Below the pieces are notes generated by a model that was not told the origin of the DNA, ran no database searches, and was given only the letters and a program-made list of their open reading frames with translations. A program made the position numbers and the translations under genes. This document shows positions 1-12,720 of a stretch of DNA of 64,000 nt, piece after piece. Source of the DNA: Eledone cirrhosa (lineage: Eukaryota); NCBI GenBank assembly GCA_964016885.1, contig OZ024744.1, positions 25,854,001-25,918,000 on the forward strand, given 5' to 3'. Each line of letters starts with the position of its first letter. Within the stretch, counting starts at the first letter, position 1.

Positions 1-1235
1 CCTGGTGAGCCTCATAGAGCGGAAAATATCTATTGGAAAAGAATACGAATTCATGACCAAGGTGTGATAAAATAGGCGTCTATACAGCGCCTGAAACAAA
101 CTTGTCCAAAACCCTAGGATTTTTCTCGTTAAGTATCCACCCAAAAGGAACCGTTTTTTAGTTACAAAAAGTAACCAAAGTGTATAGTAGCTATATTTCT
201 GACATATCATGCCAAAAAGAACAATATATTCAAAAAATGTTCTAAAGTACATTCAACCTCTCTTTTTGACCGATATCTTAATAAGCAAGTTATCGATTTT
301 TTATTGGCTGTCAGTGTCTATCTGCATGCAGGTGTGCACGTGTGCGCAATTAATTGCAAATACGCTCATAACATTTAGTCGAAAGCAGAACAACACATGC
401 CATTAGAGGTGGGCTAATAATGAAGACACAAACCCTGGTGAACTTACGTTTAAACACCCGAAAAGTTACTCACTTCCTGTGCAAAAGACTGTATTATAAA
501 TTAAGTGATTTTTTAGAATCTTTTGTTTAAAAAAGGAAAACATTGGTACGGCGTAACATTTTTTACAACTTTGTATGTGTACAATACAACTTGGTCAACG
601 TATTATTTAGTATTTTTTTTTTCAAAAAGCATCATTATTTAAGACTGTTTGAAAATTTACTCACAGCTTTTAGCATCACAAAAGACACCATTAAATTTGG
701 TTCCCTTTTCAGATAGGGATAATACTGTATTTCCACTTGAATAAGGTGGAATATGAAAAGATAAACTCTTTAATGGTCGGTCATTTACTGAGACAGCTGG
801 GAAGACATGCAGCTGACCGTCCAATCAATAACGCACGTCCTTATATGGGCATATGCAATTTATTTTTATTGCGCCAGATGTAAACTAAGAGTTCTTGTGT
901 TCGAATTCACATAAAATTTCATTGGAATCGAAAAACATTCTGTCATAGTGCCCGATTATCGATATCTCAAGTAGCCTATTCCACTCTACGCGTTGAGTTT
1001 TATATATGTGTGAGGTTTCATGAAAATTGGATGAACGGTGTAGCATGCAAGTTGGGAACACCAAACAATGTCCATCTTCCCTTTATATATATAGATATGA
1101 AAAAAAAAATTGGCTTTGTAGTTGCTAGATAAGATATGCTCAAAAATAAGAATAAGAAGAAAGCAAGAATGAGGGAGCTTCCTCATCAGTTGTCTACTGG
1201 GGGTCTCGGATACATACATATATATATATATATAT

Positions 1236-1537
1236 ATGTCTCCTCTACCCCTCTCCTTCCATCCACCCACCACTACTACCCCCACACGCCTCACCACTTG
1301 TTTCATATTTATTTTTTTAACCTCTTTTTCATTTATTTTCCTTCCCTTCATTTCCCCCCTTTTAATGTCTTTCCACCCCCACCCCCCATCACACCCTCGG
1401 AACTCTTTTCCTTGTAACTTTTCTCCTGATGAAGAGATTATGCCCGAAACGTCGTCCCCCACCCCCACTCTCAAGTATGAACCTAATACTAACACTTTGT
1501 ACTGCACTCTTCGTTATTGTTTTTGTTTTCTGTTTTA

Positions 1538-1540
<3 letters not shown>
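1236..1540 (+). mobile_element. Penelope-like pLTR/3'UTR fragment with minimal HHR, between two (TA)n tracts
   Basis: Pyrimidine-rich segment bounded by (TA)n on both sides; contains CTGATGAAG...CCCGAAACGTC at 1426-1453. Confidence 0.55.
1426..1453 (+). ncRNA. Minimal type I hammerhead ribozyme core (PLE type), stem I decayed
   Basis: CTGATGA-A-GAG-attatg-CCC-GAAAC-GTC; one mismatch in stem II, very short stem III. Confidence 0.6.
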
Positions 1541-1624
<84 letters not shown>

Positions 1625-1626
<2 letters not shown>

Positions 1627-2250
1627 GCTGATATCTTCCGATACCTACGTGATCAGATTAGTAAGGGAGGAGGGTGGGTGCTCCGAAGCCTTAATATCTT
1701 GAATAAGGACAGGATGGAAGAAGTTTGGGGAAAGCTTTCCTCTGTTGACAACAAAGAGTTTCTCCCTATGAACGAAAGGCCGGTTATATGATGCCTGTGT
1801 GTGATGCGCAATGTTGCATGGTAGGAGACATGGGCAGCAAGTGCAGAGGATATTCGACGGTTGGAGAGAAATGAAGCAAGCATGCTCCCTTGGATGTGCA
1901 ATGTCAATGTGTGTGAACGACCAAGCATAGACGAGTTAAGAGAGAAACTGTGTATAAGAGGGATAAACTGTAGTGTACAGGAGAACAGACTGTGTTGGTA
2001 TGGACATGTGATGCACATGGAAGATGACCAATGGGTGAAGAAGTGCCAAGAAATGCTAGTAGAAGGAAGACGTAGTAGAGGAAGACCAGAAATATCATGG
2101 GCAGAAGTGGTGCGATCTGACCTCAGATCACTGAAGCTCACGGAGGAGATGACGAAGGACCGTGACAAGTGGAGAGATGCTGTGCTGACGAGGACCCGCC
2201 CCACCCTTGCAAGCAAGGAAAAGCGGACGTAAAATGATGATGATGATGAT
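1625..2250 (+). mobile_element. RTE-clade LINE, 5'-truncated 3' end, decayed
   Basis: ORF 1861-2232 has RLCWYGHVMHM and VEGRRSRGRP motifs; ends in (ATG)n tail at about 2234-2250. Confidence 0.88.
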
Positions 2251-2429
2251 ATAGTACGGACTTGACAGGCTAGATGTAATTAACATCAACACTAGCATCA
2301 CATGATACAGAGTTGAAAACAGAATATATATTTTTCAATTCTCTTAAATGCACCACCAGTTATACCAAGTTAAGAAATTCTCACACTTGAACATTAACAC
2401 TGAGGCTGAAATGGCGGCAGCTATTAAAT

Positions 2430-2558
2430 GCCTTGGGTTGGTGACTTTGAATATGCAGACGGTATCGGCCTGTTGGAGAATGAATTTGAAAGCATTCAAA
2501 CATTTTACACCCAGGCCTCTACGGCTAAAGATGTATGTCTGTTAATTAACAGACAAAA
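2430..2558 (+). mobile_element. Decayed non-LTR RT fragment (RTE-like motif 5-6 region)
   Basis: Hand translation WVGDFEYADGIGLLENEFESIQTFYTQASTAKDVCLLINRQ resembles DLDYADDIALL...AKQVGLHIN. Confidence 0.6.
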
Positions 2559-2561
2559 CAA

Positions 2562-2900
2562 TCCGGTATATTACCACACAACCTTGAATTGAAGAAGGGT
2601 ATAGCCACCATGTTTCTCAGAAGACTGGATCAGTCAATATTGTGCAATGGGACACGTATGGTTGTGACTAAACTACATTATCACATTATCGAAGTCAAAA
2701 TCCTCATTAAATGTGGAATGGGAGACATCATATACTTGGAATCTCGCTAATACTAACAGATGTCCCCTTTCATTTGCAAATATTACAATATTCAGTGAGA
2801 GTCAGTTATACAAGGACCATCGACAAGTCCCAAGGTCAAATACTACAGGTTGTTGTTCTCCAGCTAGAGGAGGGCTGTTTCTTACATGCTCCAAAGAAAA
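2562..2900 (+). mobile_element. Helitron PIF1-like helicase C-terminal remnant (frameshifted)
   Basis: SGILPHNLELKKGIATMFLRRLDQSILCNGTRMVV, then TDVPFHLQILQYSVRVSYTRTIDKSQGQILQVV; matches Helitron GLPPH.L.LK...LCNGTR and TINKSQGQTL motifs. Confidence 0.85.
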
Positions 2901-3498
2901 AAAGTTAAAAACATTGTCTATACTGAAGTTCTGTAAATGGTTTATAATTTTCGTAGAATAGATTTTTCTATTATTTTGTTTATTACTTTCTGTATTGAGA
3001 TAAATGAATTATTACATTTATGTTATGCAATATTTAAATACTTTTAAGATCTTTTATTCTAAGGAACATTACAAACCGATAACAATAGGTGTCATATAAA
3101 TATATAAACGAGTATTTGTGTGCGCAACCAGGCACGCATCGGTATGTGCAAAGACACACTGCCTAATAATTAGAGTATTTGATTCACAATGGTAAGGTCT
3201 TAGGTTGGACCAAATGGCAGGTTGTGTCCCTGTGCAAACACTTCAAATGCTGAAGGTGATCATTGCGTCAGACAGCCCTCCACTCATATCTTATTCTGCT
3301 CTCAGTCACTAATTTTAATGGAAACTTTTATAAACCCCGGACTGAGGAACCTCTGGCCTTAAGAGAGATTTTAACATGTGTGTATGGGAGCGTATATATA
3401 TATCCATAGATATACATATATACACATACACACGCGCTGAGTCACTCATAGATACAAACATGTATATATACATAATCTTATACATACACACATACACA

Positions 3499-3532
<34 letters not shown>

Positions 3533-3597
3533 CATTCACACATACACACACATATATATGTATATACATATATTTATATATATGGTATGGTATGATA

Positions 3598-3910
3598 TGG
3601 TCCCGCGGGGGCCCTGTATTGACATACAGCGTTTCTTGGGCATTTTATTTAACCCTGGCGGATCCCATCCCTCTCCTGGCCTGAGTACAGCAGATTTCTT
3701 CCAGAGAAAGAGAGAAAGTGAGAAAGAGATATATAAGAATCGCCCCCCCCCCCGCCTCAGTACTAGACCGGTACTTTTGTTATCGACCTCGAAAGGATGA
3801 AAGGCTTAGTTGACCTCGGTGGAATTTGAACTCAGAGAACAGAGAGCCGGCAGGAATAGAATAAAACTTCCTATCCGACGGTCTAACTACTTTCTCAATT
3901 CACCGCCTAG
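3598..3910 (-). mobile_element. tRNA-derived SINE family 1, long-tail variant
   Basis: Reverse complement has GAGTTCAAATTCCACCGAGGTCAAC...CCTTTCATCCTTTCGAGGTCGATAA core plus CTGGAAGAAATCTGCTG tail shared with 44490 and 59490. Confidence 0.8.
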
Positions 3911-3953
3911 ACATACATACATACATACATACATACATACATACATACATACA

Positions 3954-3985
<32 letters not shown>

Positions 3986-3995
3986 AGTACATACA

Positions 3996-4078
3996 TTATT
4001 AGCTATCGTCATCAACGTATACCTTCCTGCGTTCAATCATCTGGCAGGAAGGTATACGTTGCTGACGATAGCTAATAA
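3996..4078. repeat. 35-bp fold-back inverted repeat at the 5' junction of an HHR element
   Basis: 3996-4030 is the reverse complement of 4044-4078 with 1 mismatch. Confidence 0.9.
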
Positions 4079-4098
4079 GCTTGAAACTAGTACAGCGT
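4056..4098 (+). ncRNA. Minimal type I hammerhead ribozyme
   Basis: Stem I ACGTTG/CAGCGT; CTGACGA; T-AGCT-aata-AGCT-T; GAAA; palindromic stem III ACTAGT; GUA triplet, predicted cut after 4092. Confidence 0.8.
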
Positions 4099-4365
4099 TC
4101 CTTTGTCAGTGTTGAACAAATGAGCAACGAAGGTTGCTAGACACTACGGCTTAATTCGGGTTGTTTGTTTACAAACACACCGAGCATTATAATAAATGTT
4201 CGGTGAATCCATACGTACATATATATATATATGTGCATGTATGTATATGTATATATATACATACTACTGTAGGTCTGTATACATATATGTGTGTACGTAT
4301 ATATACTTATATTTAAGTAACAGTCGTACTAAGACTGGGAAATGAAATTTCGTTTCATTTTTTCC

Positions 4366-4402
<37 letters not shown>

Positions 4403-4406
<4 letters not shown>

Positions 4407-4575
4407 GAAGGAAGTGTGGTAAGGAGCCAAATGGACCATAACGCACCAGAGTACTCGATACTCAGTGTAATAGAAAAAGAGTCAGGACCCTGACGGCTGA
4501 GCTCCGGCCGTTTCGACAGCTAGATCTAGCTGTTGAAACGGCCGGAGCTCAGGCGTCGGGGTTCTGACTCTTTTC
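4403..4575 (-). mobile_element. PLE tail family A fragment with palindromic fold-back
   Basis: Homologous to 21279-21330, 21897-21980 and 49131-49391; 4474-4575 is a near-perfect palindrome centred on GCTAGATCTAGC; flanked by (TA)n. Confidence 0.8.
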
Positions 4576-4616
<41 letters not shown>

Positions 4617-4807
4617 GTAGAATAATCGAGTATCGAAAAATCGGCGCACGAGTTCACGATAAACAAAATTAGAACCTCACAAGTGCTTTCCTAACCTGTG
4701 GGATTCTGGCGCACGCAGAGTAAAATGCCTGTTGAGAAAGCGATGTCTTGTTCGATCATTATACCAAAAGCTTATTTTTTATAAGCAGACAGTATTATTG
4801 ATGTATT

Positions 4808-4987
4808 GGCAGTATCGGTAGAGCGTCGGACGCCATGCTGTCCAGCATATTTACGTCCCTTTACGATATGAGTTCAAATCCCGCCGAGGTTGACTTTGCC
4901 TTTCATCCTTACGGGGTCGATAAAATAAAGTACCAGTAATTCACTGGGTAATTGCTGGCCTTGTGCCTAAAGTAGAAACAATTATTG
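4808..4987 (+). mobile_element. tRNA-derived SINE family 1
   Basis: GGCAGTATCGGTAGAGCG A-box-like head, GAGTTCAAATCC B box, conserved core, tail GCCTTGTGCCTAAAGTAGAAACAATTATT. Confidence 0.9.
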
Positions 4988-5302
4988 ATTTATGTGTTGC
5001 AGAAACCCAAATATCAGAGTATTCCATCTTTCCCGAGGGTCCGGGTAACTATTTCAATAATATCTTATTTTGTTTGACCCGTTTATCTTGTTCGCTTTTT
5101 TGTCTAAGGTGGATAATGGCTTCTTAACCATCGTCTCTGTTTGTATGACCATTTTAACTTATGTTTATAGCTCTGGTATCTTCATATCCATGGAGCGCTT
5201 GTCAGCACAATATGGATGTTGCGTTTCGCCAATTTCTACTCGCCGAAATGCGATTCTGGCTAAATTTATATTTATGTATATATATATATATATATGAAAA
5301 AG

Positions 5303-6411
5303 TGAGTCCTTCATCAGTGACCCTCCAACCGTCCTCGGCATTTCATCGCTTTAAGGGCCATATGCCTCAGGTTGGTGCGAACAACGGCTAAAAAAAGTCG
5401 TTGGGACACGTAAATAAAGGGGGACGCTAGAGTAACAACAAAAGGGTTTAAGCAACGGAAAGTGAGTAGAAATAGACAAGTCCCAGATCTCTATGAATAT
5501 AAACTCTGTGAAATCGTGAACAAGAGACGAAAGACCATCGAACCTGGTAGAAATGTGAGCAAGGAAAGAATTTCGCCCAAGTTTGACGGGGGGGGGGGGG
5601 AGAAAGAAAAAGGAGAGAAGAGGAAGAAGAAGAAGAAGAAGAAGAAGAAGAAGAAGAAGAAGAAGAAGAAGAAGAAGAAGAAGAAGAAGAAGAAGAAGAG
5701 GATAAGGTGGTCTGGTCTACGAATTCGGTAAACGCAAGTTTTGTGAAGTCGCAGACGAAAGAGAGAGAGAAAATATATATATATATACGCACACATATAC
5801 GTGTAGTTGTGCAGACAGACAGTCGTGCAGAGAGGTGATAGGCGATGAAATTGCATTTTTTTTTTGGGGGGGGGGGGCGTTCATCCAATTCCTTTGTTTC
5901 AAAATAACTGATAGTTTGGTTACGCTGATGTTTTTCTCTGAGACAAGTGTTGTAGTGTTTACATTTTCGATTTCTTAATCGATTACCAGTGCAGTTTTTA
6001 TCCCCAGCATCCTCTTTTGTTTTAACACTCGGGTTATGGTTATGTTTTCTTAACTTTATAAGGCATACTGTTGGTTGAGGGAATATTAATAAAAAGTACC
6101 ACATGAAAGTCTACACTGTAGACTCTACAGTTTTTAAGACAAGAAAGGAACTTAACATTGTAACTTTAACACAGCGACTGAGCAGCCCGAGCAACGCCGG
6201 GCTTTACTGCTAGTATATATATATCTATACTTGTTTCTTCTTATCTTTCCGTTGCAATACCATCATTGTTTGTTTACTTGTCTCGCTCGTTTCATCCTAT
6301 TTTACTTGTCCCAATAACTTTATTTAGTTATTGCTCGTGCCAACCAGAGGTATATGATTTTTAAAGCGAAGAAATACCAATGAAAGTTGGAAGATCACTG
6401 ATGAAGGACTA
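5303..6411. repeat. Diverged ~180-bp inverted repeat pair (5303-5481 / 6229-6411), each arm ending in an HHR half (CTGATGAAGGAC)
   Basis: Aligned by eye, roughly 70% identity; also visible as similar translations SPSSVTLQPSSAFHRFKGH and SPSSVIFQLSLVFLRFKNH. Confidence 0.8.
5488..6213 (+). mobile_element. Non-autonomous Helitron
   Basis: 3' hairpin GCCCGAGCAACGCCGGGC then CTAG|T at 6210-6214; candidate 5' end A|TCTCTATGAATATAAA at 5488 (less certain). Confidence 0.7.
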
Positions 6412-6494
6412 ATATTAGTCATATGTAACCCATGTGGAACCACGCAGCTCTGCATTTTTCTCATATTTATATATAAATATATATATATATATAT

Positions 6495-6571
6495 CTGACG
6501 AGAGTTTATCTTTTCAATGGAGGCCCGCAAGTACTATCCATTTATTTTTGAGACTCGAAACCGTTTCGGTA
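6495..6571 (+). ncRNA. Type I hammerhead ribozyme, truncated exactly at C3 (stem I 5' strand replaced by (TA)n)
   Basis: CTGACGA-GAGTTT...AGACTC-GAAA-CCG-ttt-CGG-TA; internal AATGGA/TCCATT extension of stem II. Confidence 0.8.
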
Positions 6572-7033
6572 AAGGTAACCATAGTAAGTACAGTGAATTT
6601 TTTGAAATTTATTTTGAAACTTTTTCTTATTTGTTAAACCTTGATTATATATATATATATACACTCATATACGTTCATGTATCACCTATCCCGTGTAAGA
6701 TGAACGTCTGTAGATATTATCTACTTTTTCAGATAAATTGTCTGAATTCTTATCTGCCTAAACACAGTGAGCAAAACTTAATGTTTATGATAAGCCATGT
6801 CAACGTCAGTGTTGAGGTTGGATGAGATAACTTTCTTTTTATTTGCCACCAGGGCATCAAGGAGTGGGACAAGTACAATGGGGGGAGTTTACATAAAAAG
6901 GCGTCCTCACTAAGGAGGAGGCAATAACAAGATATAAAAATATAAAATATAAAATATAACAAAAATAAACTGAAAAACAAAATCCTCAGGAGCACAGAGA
7001 GAGGGTGCTCCCATGAAGTTTCATCTTTGTCAC

Positions 7034-10000
7034 CTACAGTCTGATGTAGAGTGAAGGCTCATTCACACAGGCCATTCTCGCCACTTTCACCCATCTTTCA
7101 GAGAAACGGCTGGGGTGCAGCACCTCTCTCTCCATCCTCATCCTTCTTCCGAAATGATATTGGAAGAAACGGACCAGTTGTTGGCCAGAGAGAAAGGTGT
7201 CTGACCTCAGTCCTTTCAGACGCGTAAACCATACAACCTCTTTCGCCATGGCTATTACGCACAGAAACACCGCCTCTCCTTCGTTTTTGAAGAGGGGAGG
7301 CGGCTTGATCGTTACAATAGACTCGGTGGTCAACCGGATCGGTCCCACCCTTGACAGCAGTCGTTCGACATAGCCCCACAGATCGGCAATGCCCGAGCAG
7401 TGTACCAATGCGTGTGCAACGGTTTCCGCGTCGCACACGCATCTGGGACATATCTTTTTCGAGGTGTTCCTACCCGGGCACCCGTGTCTGTAGAGCCTTT
7501 CTCTAACAGGCAGAGCTTCTCGGTAGCACTGCTTGGCTAGGGACCTCTGGAAGTTACCCATGGGTCCTGGGCTGAATGTCCTACCGAACAGGTTGGCCAG
7601 TTCGTTTTCCTCCATGCCTAGGGCTTCTCCGAGGGCGTCGTCGCACCTGCTAACCACCATCCCTCTATAGAATGACGAGGTGGATTCACCACTGACAGCC
7701 GGGTCCGCCTGCCAGAGAGCCGTGTGCGCCTGGGCACACTCGGTGTGCCACGTGCCCAGTTTTCTCGGTCTTTGCTTGACCCAGGATTGCAGCTCGGTGA
7801 GTGAGACGAGTCTGGGAAAGGCTCACCTCACAAACGGGGCGCGTATCGGTTGACCTGTGAAGAATACCTGGAGGTGCTGTAGCCTTAATGCGTGTTTACG
7901 TATCATTAACCACGGCAACCCCAGCCATCCTTTCGAAGGGTGTTGACAGCAGATGGATCTCCTCACCATAGGGGCTCGTTTCTTCCAAAGGAATTGGAAG
8001 AGTGCGCGCTCCATTTTGGCGAGCGTTTCCCTTGGGTAAGGCACAACGGTCAGGCGGTAGTAGATGACGGATGCTATATAAGTGTACGCCACCTCCGCCC
8101 GACCTTTCAGGGACAGTTTGCAATCGGCCCACTTCTGGGTCAGTGCAAACACCCAGTTCGTTACGTCACCCCAGTTCGTTACGTCACCCCAGTTCTTCTC
8201 CACCTGGAGGTCTAGTCCGAACCTGACCCCGAGCAACTTCACGGGGCCCTCCGTCCAGTACCCGACGACGCCATCGGAGGGCATCAATCTGCGCCTCCAC
8301 GTGCCGAGTTGCAGACCGATCGACTTGTCCCGGTTCAGCTTAGCCCCTGTAAACCTTTCGTACTCCTCCAGTAAGGTGCCGATCGACACCATTACCTTTC
8401 AGACCTTTCAGACGCGTAAACCATACTGTTACGTCATCGGCGTAGGCCGACACCGCTTTCCGCAATCCCGGTTCCAACGGGATACCCTGCAACAACTCCA
8501 ATTTCCGCAGCAGTGGCCCTAGAGTCATTACATACAGAAGGGAGGAGAGAGGGCACCCCTGTCGGATGGACCGCGCGATTTCGAAAGGCTCCGAGAGGTA
8601 GCCGTTCACCCTGACACTAGAGCAGATGCGGCTGCTGTGCATGGTATTGATCCAGCCCGTGAAAACGGATCCGAAGCCTGCCGCCGCTAGCACCGCATCC
8701 AGGTAACCATGTTCGACCCTATCGAACGCCTGAGATTGATCCAAGTTGATGAGGGCCCCACCAAAGCCGGGTTCGTTCCCAACCCTCTCTGTGATGTATA
8801 GCATGAGGTCGAGGTTGTCATGGATGGACCTGGACGGGATAGCACATGTCGGCGCATCTCCCACCAGATTGCCCACGACAAGCGCCAATCTCTTTGCTAG
8901 CACCTTGGCCAAAATCTGTAACTCTGTATTTAGCAGAGCTATGGGCCTGAAATTATTTATATCGTCCCCCTTGTTCTCGTCCTTCCTCACTAGCGTGACT
9001 ACGCCCTTGGTCACAGCACAGGGAATTTCCCGTTCTGTTGCCAGTTGTAGTAGACCGCCTCGAGGAGATCGGGGAACAAGTCCGGCATAGCTAGATATAG
9101 TTCGTATGGAAGACCATCGAGACCCGGGGATTTGAGTTTGCCGCATTGGCTCAGCACGTCCTCTATCTCAGCGGCTGAAATCGGCTCCTCGCAGAACTTC
9201 GCCTCCCTGTCCGAGAGACGCGGCAGGCCGTCGAGGTATGGACCGAAGTCCACATCCCCAACCGGCTCCAGGCCCCTTCCGAACAATCTGGCAAAGTGCT
9301 TTTGAAAAGCCTCGCACATCTGCTAGGTTCAAGGATCACCCGTCCATCCTTGTCTTGCAAAGACCGGATAGTGGATCTACTCACTCTTTTGGCTTCTGTC
9401 ACGCGGGCCCAGCTAACAGCTTGGTCCTCTCGTTTCCCAGAGCACGTGTTCTGCTTCGGAAGATGCAGCCTTTGTATTTCGCATCGAAGAACTGGCCCAG
9501 GGCCGTTCTCGACGCTATCACTCTGGCCACGTCGCCGCTTCTAATTGCCTCTTCTACACTATCTACCAACTCCCTTTCCATGCTATTTCTATTTGAGGCT
9601 AACTCCTTACTAAATTCTATAGAGACTACTCTAATCTCTCTTTTGAGAGATCCCCACCACCTGTTGTTGACGATTGCGCCCGTCAACCGCTCCTTAACTA
9701 AAGTGCTAATCCGGTCCCTGTAAGCCTTACTTGCCGGTAAGGACAAGTTGAGCTTCCAGTAACCGGGTCGCTGTCTATGCGTTCTGTCAAGGTTGACCAT
9801 GCAGGTCACTAACTTGTGGTTTGAATAGCCAACCATGCGCATTTTTGGACAACTTAAAAAGTCCTTATCCTTATTTCTAACTAAGAACCTAACTAGGTAC
9901 GACCTAGATGATCCGCTGCGGTTTGCCCAAGTCCAGGTTGGCGCAGTCGGAAAATCTAGTCGATATCTATCGGCCAGGTCAAATCGACCGATTAACCCTT

Positions 10001-10497
10001 TGAGGCTATTACACTCCTCTCTATCGGGACAGGCCCCTACGTAGTCCCAACGAGCATCTAGGATACCATTCCAGTCCCACACTAATAGTAAGGAGCGGGA
10101 CGTCCCTAGAAAAGTCTCCAGACGATGGAAGAAGTCCGTCCGCATTGACCCGAAAGGGCCGTAGACGTCTAATAACCTAAGCGCTCCGCCTTCACCACTG
10201 CCAAGGTCCAGAACCACTAGTCGACCCTCCGGTCCAAATGTACGTCTGTGCTGCGAGACCCAGATGTTTTTGCAGCAGAACGACAACCCCACCCCCACCT
10301 CCGGGCTGACAGAGAGATGTGTGCATCTCAAAGTCATCAAAGGTGGGTGCCAGCTGTCGCACGTTGGTTATCCGGGCCTCGCAAATAACCATCACATCTA
10401 TACGTTGTGACCTGAGGTCATTTAGAAGCATTGCTTGCTTCCAAGTTGAGCCCAGGCCACGCGCATTTAAACAGCCTACTCTTAGCATAGCCATGTT
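7034..10497 (-). pseudogene. Tx1 ORF2 (APE endonuclease-reverse transcriptase), broken
   Basis: ORF pieces 10192-10518, 9399-10340, 9163-9402, 9011-9319, 8340-9146, 7823-8392, 7034-7660. Confidence 0.93.
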
Positions 10498-10599
10498 GGT
10501 GGTGAAGAGAAAAGGCACTTACCTCTCTGCGTCCCGGGTATCGGGCTCTTCGTCTCCTGGGGACCAGGCTGCACAATTTCCATGGGGTTGTTGGAGGGT

Positions 10600-12050
10600 A
10601 TGTTTGATGGGGTGGTGGTTTCTGGCTGGGTAGGGACGGAGGTGTTTGGTCGGGAGGGGGTGTCTGGTAGGATTGGGATGACTTAGGTGGGGCGCCTGTG
10701 GTGCGGAGGCCTTTGTAGAGGACGCGGTTGATTGGTTTCACGCAGGAAATTCTCCACATCCTCTACAAATGTTTCTTTTTAGGATCTATAAGTTCTTATA
10801 GGGACTCTGATCAGTTTTAGGTTCATTTATTTGTTTTTGTTGGAGCTATCCAAAGTTTTCCCTTCGGTTTTGACCAAAGGGTTGTTTCTGATGGTCTCCA
10901 TCAGTGTTCTATTTTCTTCGTTTATGTAAGTGTATGTGTACTTTTCCTGTGTTGTGTTTGTTTTTGTCTGTGGTTCCTGCACGTGTTTTCTCTTTGTTGT
11001 GGGTGTTTTGTTTTTGGGAGGGGGAACTTTTGTTTGTGATTTTTGTGCTGGTTCTGCTGGTGTTTGTGTGTTTGTTTCGTTTTTGTTCATGCGGTTCTTT
11101 CTTTTTATTCTTTTCACGGGTTGGAAGGGTTCCTCCTCATCGCCGCTGGGTGCCGTCGATAGGGGTTCCTCATCCATGTTGATGGATAGGGGTATGTTTT
11201 GGGGTTCTGTAGTGTCTGTGTGTGTTTTTGTATTCGTTTTGGGTGGGGAGCAGTTGGGTGGGATAGTGTTCTCTGTTGTTTTTTCTTGTTGTCATGGTGG
11301 TGGTGGTGGTGGTTGTGTTGTTATTTGTGGTGTTGGTAAAAGTGGGTTTTTTTTTGTCAATTGAGTACAGGCAGCCCTTAGGTGACCTCTGCTTGCACAG
11401 TGGTAACATGCGGGCCACCTACCCTCAACCGAAATGTTTATGTAGGTCTGTTCATCCAGAGGTACTCTTTGTGCGATTTTCATTATACGTTATGGGCTCA
11501 TCTGCACCATAATTTCAACGCTAGTCCCACTAAATATATCTCTGGAGGATTTTCCTACTGAGATCAAAGTGTCTTGTTCAAAGTCAATTAGGCCATAAAG
11601 TATCCACCAAATATCTACTTTGGGTCTTATACATGTAATTCTTATTTTTTGCGTTCTTTTTCCCATGTATGTATGGAAAAATGTAAAATGGGTGGACACA
11701 ATGGGCGCGATGGAATATTTTTGTGCTGTTATGTTGTTTTTCATTAGCACCGAGATGCTGCCGAAAAGTTTGGCTTTCTGAATGAATAAAATGTTATCCA
11801 TGTGGTTCCTTAAAACTAGCTCAATCTCACTCTGAAATAGTTGAGCTGGGTTTTTTTTATGCATTTGAGATTGTCCTGAAAACCACCGTGTTCAGGGCAT
11901 TCTCTCTCCTTAGTTCTTGTGGTGAATTTATGCTAAATGACCCATTGGGTCCAAAAGTCACATATTGTTTAGCATCTTCCAACTTTTGTTTCGCGTTGGT
12001 TAAATCTAAAAGTTTAAATATTTCCGTTCTTTTATTTACGGTATCAACAG
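10600..12050 (-). pseudogene. Tx1 ORF1 (nucleic-acid chaperone with Zn knuckle), broken
   Basis: ISVEGRWPACYHCASRGHLRAAC in ORF 11292-11483, followed by a low-complexity T/P/K-rich region. Confidence 0.8.
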
Positions 12051-12378
12051 AAAGAAAGAGAGCTATAAGGAGAGATAACTACCCCAGAGGATAATGGTGA
12101 TTCTCCTAAACCGGTGTCTGTTTTCGTCATTACATAAGATGCCGGGTGTTAAAACGGGGAAAAAAGGTTTACGTTTATTTATTTATATTTTGTCATTTAT
12201 CTTTTCTACAAAAAGCAATGTTTTGTTTCGGAAGAATTGAAACAGAAGCAATATCAATGAAGACTGGTGGGAATAGAGGCACAGAGACAAATAATAAAAA
12301 CAATAACAACCAATTGTGACTCTTAACAAGTTGTAATCTCTTTTAATAGACTGGCTAAAGACCAAGAAATTTCAGTGC

Positions 12379-12720
12379 TGTACATGTCTGGCAAGTGAAT
12401 TGATCTGAGATTGTGTTGAAATAAAAAAAAATTACATCATTGAAGAGTCATTTTGGCCACAGTTCTACATGTCCGGTAAGGAACTTGATCTGAGATTGTG
12501 TTGAAACTAAAACAATTACATTATAGAGAAGTCATTTTAGCCACAGTTGTATGTCTGTCGAGTTTCTTGATCCGAGACTGAGTATTGAAACAAAAAAAAA
12601 TTACATCTTGGAAGAGTAATTTTAGTCACAGTTGTACATGTTTGGTAAGTGATATGATCTGAGATTCTGTATTGACACTAAAGTAATAATTACGACACGG
12701 AAGTGTCATTTTATCGTTTT
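12379..12720. repeat. Diverged ~85-bp tandem repeat, 4 copies
   Basis: TGTACATGTC...GATCTGAGATTGTGTTGAAA...AATTACATC...GTCATTTT.GCCACAGT units start near 12379, 12464, 12548, 12633. Confidence 0.85.

Larger units (their letters stand above)
6833..12071 (-). mobile_element. Tx1/L1-clade LINE, near full length, frameshifted
   Basis: ORF1 with CCHC knuckle, APE domain (CLNARGL, WDWNGILD, SRSYL, SNHKLV), RT (KSPGLDGL, DQSQAFDRV, RQGCPLS, YADD), C-terminal CPRC...H...HC; possible TSD GAGATAACT at 6824-6832 and 12072-12080. Confidence 0.95.

Noticed and set aside
1-32. CTGGTGAG...GAAA hammerhead-like text at the window edge
   Set aside because: A6 is changed, stem II pairs poorly and stem I lies outside the window.
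3335-3375. CTGAGGA plus a short hairpin
   Set aside because: No GAAA or stem III follows.
4808-4885. tRNA gene
   Set aside because: A/B boxes belong to a SINE head repeated about 10 times; no full cloverleaf.
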